DNA from: Ptychomitrium polyphyllum
Taxonomy: Eukaryota
Direction of reading: 5' to 3'
Length of the DNA stretch: 64,000 nucleotides
Assembly (NCBI GenBank): GCA_973851085.1
Contig: OZ316775.1
Coordinates: 7,130,001 to 7,194,000 of the forward strand
Shown: piece by piece, positions 28,001-38,479 of the stretch
How the letters are laid out: every line of letters starts with the position of its first letter
How positions within the stretch are numbered: the first letter of the stretch is position 1
Program-made: the position numbers and the translations under genes
The notes under the pieces: generated by a model
Told to the model about the DNA's origin: nothing
The model's input: the letters and a program-made list of their open reading frames with translations, nothing else
The model's database searches: none

Positions 28001-28700
28001 GGTGCCTGTCAGATATGGGAGGATGCGCCGTTGGGCCTTTGAGCATTTCCTGACGGTTCGTGCCACTAGGCTTTATAGAGACGTCGGCTGGCAGATCCTT
28101 CGAACATGAGCATGATGGCCGGCGCTGCTAGGGTGCAGCAGAATCTCCGAGTACCTTTGCCAGACATTTGGAATACGTCCCAGTTTTCACCTCTACATTC
28201 TTCGAAGCAGTAAGTGCATGGGTCGGGCTCATGAAGCAGACACGCCGCATCAGCTTGGAACCATTGTCTGTATTCTGATGATCGAATGTCCAGATGCTAT
28301 GATAATTCTTCTTGGTCTAGGGTGACGTAGTTTCAGGATTGATGTTTTAATGTAATCTTTAATTTTCACCAAGAGCAGCAAGCGCCTCACTCGTCATCTT
28401 GATCTGCAGTAACACGAAGTGCACATGACGCTTGCGAGGCACAGGGTTCTACACAAATTCATGCAGTTTCCGCTCAGAGCATGCTGTAACAACTGCTCGG
28501 ACTACAATATTGCAGAGAATGCGCAACTGAAGGGGTTTGAGCAATGGCAGGGCCTGGCATTGAGGGGTTGGACCATTTTGGCTGAGCGAGATGTCTTCTG
28601 GCGTCCTTCGGCACATGCCCCGCTTCTTCATCCCAGGCTGCACTTTCATGCACACGAATCTCTCTTCACTCTTCAGATCCACTTTCATGACTTCTGTAGT
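25040..28700 (+). pseudogene. Possible decayed spliced gene remnant, unidentified
   Basis: Several AG...GT-bounded plus-strand segments give protein-like but stop-interrupted translations (KWSCAACGTRLDNF; YIDVEGLHHAFVSSIRDDDSNVVIDWIKDNKVQQ; RMRRWAFEHFLTVRATRLY). No coherent intact model. Confidence 0.25.
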
Positions 28701-31700
28701 CCATAAATCTCATGGTACATAAAAACCGCTATGTTACATCATTATGTATTTATATCCCCCATGCACTTACTGAAATATGAACTCCATACATAGATTCACG
28801 TGTTACTTTGAGATGTTTCTACCATTCTTGCAACATGTGTTTCAAGTTCATTGCAGGAATTATGGCAGCAATCATCAGCAACAATTTCTCACCTTATTAT
28901 GATAGTCTCAAGCAACTATCAATATGATACTGTTATTGACAAAGGTTTAGGAGCATGAAGAAGCTGTGTCTTTTTCTTCGCATATCTTGGGTAGTGGGGT
29001 GATTCACCAAAATATGTACAACACATGACTTATTGACTCAATTGGATCCTTGAAAGACTTAAATTTCTCCTAATCAGACTTGGTAGTCTTGGAGATATGA
29101 GTTGGATTGTGCATACTGTATCTGTCTCTACCATAAGTCTGAGGCTATGAGTCCGTGCAATTGAGCACTGCTAAAAACTTATCATCTTACTCCCAGTAAC
29201 CAACCACAGCACAGCTTATTGCAATCTTACTCTGGTGCAGGACATCTAATTTCTGAAGTGTTACCTAGTTGCAGCACTGGCTCTTTCAAATTTGATTATG
29301 CTTGGATTCCTTAGTGCCTGGTCCTTCGTCCTGCAGAGGAAGCATATCAATCTTGTTATTGCTATGGCACAATTTTTAGTTTTTGATTACAATGACCAGA
29401 TTCGATGGGTAACTGGCCTAGGGGCCCTGCATAGCAACCACAATATCATCAATCTCCATCAGCCTTTTTTAGTATTGTACAGCTTGTCAACATGAAATGG
29501 AGTTTGCACATACCAGATTGTGAACCCTTGATTTTTCTGCACTTGCAATGCCTTGACTTTTGTGAACACTTCTGGGCAAATGAAAATCTGTTCACATGAA
29601 AAAGAGGAGTATAAAATTGAAGGATGTTGAAGATGGTAATCTCTAGTAATTGCATTATACAGATTTCATTTTTACCTATATGAAAACAAATAAATATAAA
29701 TATAGTGCATCACTCAGCTCAAAATTGTTTTAGTATCTAGTAAAACAAAACATTGGTTTAGAGACTACCAAAAACTTATATTCTTAAAAGAAATTTGTAA
29801 TCAACCCTCACTTTTAGTAGTGAGAACACATTGTATAAGTATACTTTAACACTTTTGTTCAATTTCCAAGATTTACAAAAATAAAATAAACAATGTGGTG
29901 CATAAGATTGTTTTTTTTTATAATTAATAATTAAAGCAAATATTGTAGAACTAAAGAAAGGTCATTATTTATTTAAAATAAAATTAAGAATTAGATATAG
30001 AACTTATTAAACCAATATAATAAATGATTAATAAATGGAACTTGAGAATTTATTCCTTTAGCAAATTGTTTTAGCAACAATTCTATAGTTTTAAAAAAAA
30101 ACTAAATAATCTAAAGGCATTACCTTAAAGACATTTTGCCATCTTTCTTAGGTACAATTCCTGTGAGGCAATTATTGCTAACATCCCTATTCATGCCAAA
30201 AACACCCTTGAATCATTTATTTAGGCTTGATTTAAATATTATTTTATAACTTCAAAATACAAAAGCCTAGCTTAGTGCAAATGTTATCTTACTTTAGTAT
30301 AATGTTTTGTTAACAAAATCTAATATCATTCTATTTTTTAATTTTTTAATTTAATTTTTGAGGATTTAAACTTTTATAGCTTCACTTCTTAAATGTTTTT
30401 ATTAGTTGTTTAAAATGTTTTTATAATCTTAAATCTAATACATATTTACCACAATTTAAATAATTCAATGTTAAATGTTTTTTCCAGTAAAGGTTGTTGA
30501 AAGAGAAGAATGAATAGTATTATCAAATTAATTAATTAAAAAATATTAATTTTAAATTATAGAAGAATAAATGCTTTGATTATTATTGAACAAACTTTCA
30601 TCAAATATTATTTGATGAATGTTAATGATCTTCTTTCTTTCATTTTTAATATTTGTTTATTTGTTTCATTGTATCTTTTTTTAAATATATACACAATCTA
30701 ATCACAAGTGATATTTTTAATTATTTAAATATACTTACAAGAGGTCAAATTTGGCCACATGAGAAAGTGATAGTCTACCAGTAAATAAATTTTTGGCCAA
30801 ATTTCTGCAACAATATAGATAAGGTATTCTATATATCAAATTCTAATATTAAAATATATTTAAAATAATAATAAATATGATTTATTATGCTGTTTTGAAT
30901 TTTAAAATATATAATATTTTTAGGGTAGCATATAAAAAATAAATATATGGGCTATAATACTAAAAGTCTTATTTTTATAAACATATGATACATATTTAGT
31001 AATTGGTGTTTTTTTTGTGATAAAATGTAAATAAACACATTAAGTTTGTTCTAAAAAATTATTTTAGTATTTGTAGTTTTAAATTTTTAGATCAAAATTG
31101 AAAATTGCAACAACTTGCTTACATGGATTTAATTTTCGAATTTAGAAGCATAGGTGGAATGCTTCCTATAAGCTCATTATTACTCAAATCCCTAATTTAA
31201 ACAATTTACAAATTTATAGAAAGATGATCAAATATTGATGATTAAAGTAAAAAAAAAATTGTTACTATTTTGTATTTATATGTTTATAATATAAATTAAT
31301 TTTACTTTACAACATTATGTAACTTTTAAATGCTTTAAATTTTAAGATTTTTTCAATTACAATAAAAAAATATTCATTGAAAATTCTATTTAAAATCTTG
31401 AAGAAACTTAAAATTTAGCACAATTTATGCTTACAAATGTTTAAGACTTGGTAGAGTATGTATATCCTTTGGAAGTTGGCCAATAAATGCATTATTTGAT
31501 AAATCTCTATTTTTTAAGAATAAATTACCAACAATTAGTATATTATAAAGATATAATTATAATAGATATGTTAAAGCTCAAATAAATATTCAAATTTAAG
31601 TTTTATGATATGAAATTAATATTTTATTAATTAAAAAGTAAACATAACATTATTTCAAAGTTGCTACAAATGTTGAATTTAATGTAAAGACATATTCATC

Positions 31701-32234
31701 ATCATAAAATTTTTATATGTAATACATACAAAATTTGAAGTTTTGAAAGAAAGTTGAAACTTGGTAGTTTTGGAATGTCATTCCTACAAATACACATGTC
31801 TTTTGTAACATTCACAAAAATATTATCATTCATATATAATATTAGTATTTGAAATATTTAAATTTTAAAAACAAGCTTACTATTAATGCATATTAATATA
31901 TAATTACTTCATGATGAAAACAAAAAACTTATATCATGTTAATTACTATTTAAATCATAAATGGAATAAAGATTTAAAGTCAATAGATTTTTGCATTTAG
32001 TTGAGTTTTTTTTTAAATAAAAAATATTTTATATAATTGCTTTTAAATAATTTAGGATACAATACCTTAATACTAAAGATGCTTCTATAAGGTGTCGTGC
32101 ATTAGCAATTGTTTCTTTAGGTTTTGCAAGAGTGACATCATTACATAGAGGGCTTCCTAATCTAGATTTTAAATGTTTCATATATTATGTCAATTTTACT
32201 TGTATATGATGTTTATTTAAATTATAAATATATG

Positions 32235-32368
32235 TATATATAGAATCTTCTATAATTATATAAATAATTATAGAATATTCTCTATATATATATATTTATA
32301 GAATCTTCTATAATTATATAAATAATTATAGAATATTCTATATATATATATTTATAGAATCTTCTATC
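32235..32368. repeat. AT-rich tandem repeat, ~57-bp unit, ~2.3 copies, internally palindromic
   Basis: TAGAATCTTCTATAATTATATAAATAATTATA...GAATATTC...TATATATATATTTA repeated. Confidence 0.7.
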
Positions 32369-32855
32369 TATATATTTATTTATTTTTTATTTTTATTTTT
32401 TTAATTTTGAATTATTTTACAATAATACGTCATTAAATTAAAATTTTTAATTTTTTAAATAAAAATTTATACAAAATGTAGTTACAAAATTTATAGAAAA
32501 TAAAGCCTATTAAATGTATGCATCTAATTTATTATATATTATATAACTTGAATTATTAGTTTTTTAAATGTCTTAATTTTAAATCAAGATTGAAACAAAT
32601 AATGATATATTTAATTTAAAAGTATTTATACTTACGGAGGTTTTATTGTAGGCGATGGAAATGACAAGTTGAACCTAAAAATGGAAAAGATTTAAATTAT
32701 AATTAAATATAAATTTTAAAGGTTTTAATTGATATTATGATTAGATATTTTTTATAAATAAAAATTGTCAAATTATTCATATTAATTTATAATCCTTGAT
32801 GATATTTAGCATGAATATTCAATGTTTACATTAACAATAAATAAAAAATTGATTC

Positions 32856-35800
32856 TTACAAAGGTAGGCCTATACTTGGAATATTTGGTAAAGTAAGATT
32901 AAAGGGTAGAAATGGTAGTATATTAGGTAATGTAAGATTTGGTTCAAATTGAGGAAGAGGCGAAAATGTGGGAATTGTGAAATTTGGTTGTATAAAATCT
33001 AGAAATGGAGGTGGATTAGATAATGGAGGTAAACTAGATACACTTGGAAGAGGGGATAAATGAATAGAGAAAGGAGGAACATTTGAAATAGGTGAGAAAT
33101 TTGGAAGTTGAGGTAAATTATTTATAATAGGTGGAAGACTTGAAATTGTAGGTAGTGGTGGAATCTCCGGAATAGTTGGTAGAGGTGGAATGCTTGAAAT
33201 GGATGGCAGAGGTGGAGTTTCTGGAATAACTGGTCGAGGTGGAAGATTTGGAAGAGATGACAAAGGCGGAATCTCCAAAGTTGTTGGTAGAGGTGGAATG
33301 CTTGAAATGGATGGCAAAGGAGGAAGGTTTGGAAGAAATGACAAAGGTGGAATCTCTAAACTAGTTGGTAGAGGTGGAAGATTTGGAAGAGATGATAAAG
33401 GTGGAATCTCTGGAATAGTTGGTAGAGGTGGAATGCTTGAAATAGATGGCAAAGGTGGAAGATTTGGAAGAAATGACAAAGGTGGAATCTCTAAACTAGT
33501 TGGTAGAGGTGGAAGATTAGGAAGAGATGATAAAGGTGGAATCTTTGGAATAGTTGGTAGAGGTGGAATGCTTGAAATTGATGGCAAAGGTGGAAGATTT
33601 GGAAGAAATGATAAAGGTGGAGTCTCCGGAATAGTTGGTAGAGGTGGGAAATTAGGAAGAGATGACAAAGGTGGAATCTTTGGAATAGTTGGTAGAGGTG
33701 GAATGCTTGAAAAAGATGGCGAGGGTGGAAAAATAGGAAGAAATGATAATGGTGGAATCTCTAAAATAATTGGTAGAGGTGGAATGCTTGAAATGGATGG
33801 CAAAGGTGGAAGGTTTGGAAGAAATGACAAAGGTGGAATCTCCGGAATAGTTGGTAGCAGTGGAAGGTTTGGAAGAGATGATAAAGGCGGAATCTCTAGA
33901 ATAATTGGTAGAGGTGGAAAGTTAGGACGAGATGACAAAGGCGGAGTCTCCAGAATAGTTGGTAGAGGTGAAATGCTTGAAATGGATGGCAAAGGTGGTA
34001 GATTTGGAAGAGTTAACAGTGGTGGAAGGCTTGAAATAGGTGGTGTTGTTAGATTGAAAATGGAATTTTTTGGTAATGGTGGAAGCATGGGAAAGTCTGG
34101 AAGTGGTGGTATTGAAGTTAAATTATGGATCATAATTTGGGGAATAGGCGGAAGATCAAAAATTGTTGAAAAAGGGGGAATACTAGTAGATAATGGTGGA
34201 AGACTTTCTACAAATGGTAAAGGTGGAATATTAGGAAGTTTAGGTAAATTTGGTAAAGGAGGTAGTGATGGCAAATTTGGTATTGAAATATTTGGAATGC
34301 GAGATTGTGGCAAAGGTGATATTGTTAAATTTGGTGTTACAATTTGAAGAATTGGAGGGATGCTAGGCATAGTCAAGTTGGGAAGGCTTATACCAGGAAC
34401 ACTTGGGATTGGAGGAAAGGTAACATTTGAAATTGGAGGAAGGGTAACATTTGAAATTGGAGGAAGGCTGATAGTTGGAGTCAAAGGTTTGGTAATATTA
34501 GGCATAGTAAAATTGGGTGCAGCTTTTTGTAAGGGAAATCCCGGAAATTCAGGATTATCAGATGGAAGGGGTGGAAGTGTTGGATATGACAAATTCCTGC
34601 ACAATGTTTCAAGTATTATAATTAGGCACTCAAAGTATGTTATTCTTTCTGGTGATAAATTTGTGTACAGTAGATAATAATAAAAATTCTGAACTAGTAT
34701 TTTAATTTTGATTAGATAACCATGGTTATCTTTCATGTTATGTTGTATGCCTCCATTCAAAAACATAATTTTGCATGTGACTAACTTAATTCTAAATTTG
34801 TTGATAAATAGAACGAATGAATACATACACTGATGGAAGAGGTGGCATTGTATCAGGAACTGTCAAATTTCTGCAAATTCACATTTGATATCAATTACTA
34901 AATATAAGAGCCACTTGAATATTTTCAGAAATTGTAGAATACATTTGATTGTATTAAAGCTAAGAAAACGATGTAGAAGATGCTAGCTATACACTTCTTA
35001 ACGTCTGTTTGCACTTACAAATGAGGGAATGTCCAATTCATTGTTGGCGTAATGTTCCTGACGCCAAAGAAGACACGAGTAACAAAACTTTAAGTAGCCC
35101 ATAATTAAACAAGTGCAGTCTGTAACTTCAAAGCTGTGATTATCGAAGTTTTATACTCAGCAGTGAGCCCCAGATTGTAACAAATCTGATAACATATTAA
35201 AGGTTGGTGGTGCAGCACTAAGGATTTCTGCAGCTGCTGTTGCACGAAGGTGTTGGATAATGTGGACTAGTAACTAGACTAGTACGGTATACACAAGCCA
35301 GTGCAATATTTAAACAATGCACTGGACAACCAAGCCTAGTGTTGGAGGGCACGGAGGTGGTGATTTGGAAGGAAAATACTATTCATGAGCAAATATAGCA
35401 TCACCATGATATCAAGCAAGCGAGACTGCTACTTACAGGGGAGGTTTGTCAAGAGGAAACGGTGGCAACGCCCTGCACATGACGAATATCCAGTGCACAA
35501 ACACATAACAACACATAATAACTTCAGCTAAGGTATGCATGAACATGACGGAACATTCTCATGAGTGATCTTTGAACTGGCTTAACCATTATTCCAGACA
35601 ACCCAATTATTTTCACACTGGCACAATTGCATGCAAGTTGAGTGGGCTGGTTGGAAGGGTGAAGCATAATGTTACCAGACAGGGGGGTTTACATTCGTGA
35701 AATTCCTGCTCATACCACACCACCAGGCCCACGGTGCATCAGATAAGACACACGTTGCTGTTCTTGGAGGAATTCAGCTAATCAAAATTACTCTTCTCCA

Positions 35801-37764
35801 ATATCATGATCATCATCCAAACTAATTTGTCACCGCAACTCTGCCCTAGAGGAGAATTAGTGAGACCTTGTCTTAAGTTCACTAAATTGACTTGTCACAA
35901 GATACAATTTCACCTGTGATAAGTGATTGAAAATGAATATTTCAGTCGGTCCGCTAGAAAGGAAGTTGGGGTGAGCGATGTATTACGGGAAGCTGATGTT
36001 CTGGATGACAGGAATGGGCAGAGCCACCAGTGGCACAGTAATATTGACAGAAGCCACGATCGGCACCAGCACCGGTACCGTTAACGTCACCGATCCCACT
36101 GGTCCTCCGATGGTCACATTACTGCACAAGCAGGAGCAGCAAGTCCCAAGTGCACAGAACAATTCAGTTTCTACGTCACCATGCAGAAACTAATTATGTG
36201 TGTCTAATTTTCTCTATCAAGGGTAGGACCAAGTTGAGCATCGAATTCATAGATGACTGTTTGGAGTATAATTTTTCTATAGTTTCTCTAAATTCAACTT
36301 AGTACTTCATTCATTTGTTGAGTTCTGTGGTGGGATGCCTGGCGCTTACGTGGTATTGCAGCCTGGCAGGGTTCCTGTCAAGTTGTTCCCGGACAAGTTT
36401 CTGGTCACACACAGCATAGGCTTCTAATTAACTTCCTAGACAAGATAAAGACAAGGCAAGAGCACTCGATGTGTATTACAATATTGGCACAATCAAAAAT
36501 TTAGTAGTAATAACATCTCGAATAGGTAAATGGCTTCAGTTGTAGAGAAAGGTTAGGTTGAACTGTCTTACAGTATTTCGAGGTTTGGGAGAGTGAGAGT
36601 CCATTGTGGGAAGTGCCCCGACAGTTCAGGATTGTTTGACACGATCCTGCGATGATCATATCAACAGTAGACATGTATAAATGTCGGTAACAGATGATAA
36701 ATTGTAAAGTCTTGCGCTAATAGTTTGGTACAACTGAACATTAGTCATCAATCTGGAAATCTGCTGGCTGAGGCTGCGATATTTAATTAGCTGGAATGTT
36801 CGATTACGATATTAGTATCTGTTTATCGCAGGTTTTCTGCCATATTCAAATAAATTATAGAAGAAGGTGATAGACTGTGTTACAGGTGCTTCAAACTGCG
36901 AAGCTCAGCAATGGTTTCGGGAATGGCACCCATGAACTTTGTTTTTCTGATGGTCAAGTATTTCAAAAACTTCAAGCTTCCGATTTCATCCTGCATTCAT
37001 TGAAGACGCCCACACAAGTATCAGACCCCATTAGTACACTTCTCTAAGAAGTCTGATGAAATTGCAAGTCCACTAGTCGTATCTTCACATAATATATGTC
37101 AGCTACGATTTTAATTCAGTTGCATGGTATCCATCACAAGTTAAGTAGAATCAGAAGATTTAATCCACGGGACATGCACCAATAGTGAAAAGAAGATATT
37201 ACCGGAATTCGCCCGGTCAAGTCGCCACCTTCCATGGTTCTGCAAATAAACGAAGACCCACACAAGGATTAATAATATTCATTATCAGGTACGACCATAC
37301 ATGAATGAAGTGCAGAATGGAACGAAAGGAGGAGGCAGGCTGGGGGCTCACAGAGCTACAACAGCATCGCGAGCGGGGTTGCAACCCACGCCTCGCCAAG
37401 AGCCAGAACACGCACTACTGCTGCTGCTGCTGCTGCTCAGTTGGGGCGACCACGACTTCAGCGCTCTACTGTCCTGCAATGCCTCCTTGAACTGCAGTAG
37501 CGCGTTTTCTGCAGGCATGCACCACTCCAACATCATTATCACATAATATTTAAACCGGTACATCAAACCGTCTTCCTGCAACCCTACAACCAAATTATCA
37601 CTCTCGAGAATAGTAGTATGTGTTGCACAAAGATAGTGACTGCTGCTGGACCGTCAAATGAGCAGTGTTGTACCTTCTTGGTGAAGGTCCGCGAAGGCAG
37701 TGCCCGAAAATAGTGCGGCCATCACAAGAGTCAGTGCACTCATGAATGCTATCACTCTTGCCAT
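32856..37764 (-). CDS. Secreted LRR / hydrophobic proline-rich repeat protein (signal peptide + LRRNT + ~3 LRRs + Pro/Leu/Ile repeat tail), ~833 aa, 11 exons
   Basis: Exons 37764-37674, 37508-37352, 37239-37203, 36990-36884, 36646-36572, 36400-36350, 36121-35987, 35705-35676, 35472-35437, 34870-34829, 34596-32856. All introns GT-AG and phase-compatible, total 2502 nt. Signal MARVIAFMSALTLVMAALFSGTAFA; LRRNT ENALLQFK...LKSW...C..SWRGVGC; LRRs LTGRIPDEIGSLKFLKYL, FMGAIPETIAELRSLKHL, LSGHFPQWTLTLPNLEILNLSGNNLTGTLP. Confidence 0.8.
33135..34025 (-). repeat. Coding tandem array of 33 x 27-bp units (PPLPTIPEI / PPLSSLPNL / PPLPSISSI types) with a 135-bp higher-order repeat
   Basis: Parsing the translation gives 33 uninterrupted nonapeptides (891 bp). 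The 5-unit block C-A-B-A-B' recurs three times, with a partial fourth copy. Confidence 0.9.
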
Positions 37765-38479
37765 TGGCCTTCCTCCCACGATACTTGGCATAGATCCTCA
37801 AGCCAAATGGGTCTCCTTCTCCACCTCACTGCACCCACTGCACCCAAATGCAATTGTGAGCAAAACATAAAGTCCGTCGACTAAGAATAAATTATGTCGA
37901 ATCAAGTACGAAACATTGTTATGGCACAACCGTATGACTCGAAAGACCTCAATCCCTACTTAATTTTGAACAACTATATTACATCACCTGGTTTCTGGAG
38001 TTTCTTAGAAGTGGCAGGCTGCTGGAAATATTTTAAAGCTCAGGATTGAAGTAGTGCAGGTCTTATCCAATGCTTATTACTTAAGACTGGCTATGGCTGC
38101 AAGCGACTCGACGATAATCAGCTCCATCTTCCAAGTCCGATAATGCCAGGACGATTCCAACTCAATCACTTTTGACGACGCTATCCCTCATGGTGGTTGA
38201 TATACCGTATGCTGCAGCAGCGTCACCCATTTATAAGCAATTACTGGATTTACCAGCATTGTCGAAGCTCGATCGCACAAAGAAATCATATTGCCTAACC
38301 AAGAACACACCAACTTCGTGCATTACCCCTAAAAACGTGGACACCATTTACTACCTACCCTGAAACCACCATCAATTAGCACTAAATGTTTTAATTAAAT
38401 AGCACGGTCACTGGAGAAACGTGGAGGCCACGGGAGAGGAGCAGAGCAAGAAGTCCATCCTGACGAGTTCGAGGATGAG

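Noticed and set aside
29650..32850. AT-rich blocks (also ~3950-6250, 41200-43650, 45100-46800, 52400-54950, 62200-63700) as transposable elements
   Set aside because: Probably decayed repeats, but I could not identify LTRs, TIRs, target-site duplications or transposase/RT motifs, so no mobile element is called.
33135..34025. CRISPR-like or non-coding satellite interpretation of the 27-bp periodic array
   Set aside because: No unique spacers; units are codon-aligned with synonymous variation inside a eukaryotic exon.
33190..34677. Gly/Arg-rich 385-aa and 105-aa ORFs on the plus strand (RGG-like repeats)
   Set aside because: Antisense shadow of the CCN-rich proline repeat exon. The minus strand has the splice sites and signal peptide; the plus strand has no independent gene features.
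34597..34826. N-terminal 77 aa of the 656-aa ORF as the true protein start
   Set aside because: AT-rich intron-like sequence lying between a GT donor (34828) and a CAG acceptor (34597); it only happens to be stop-free.
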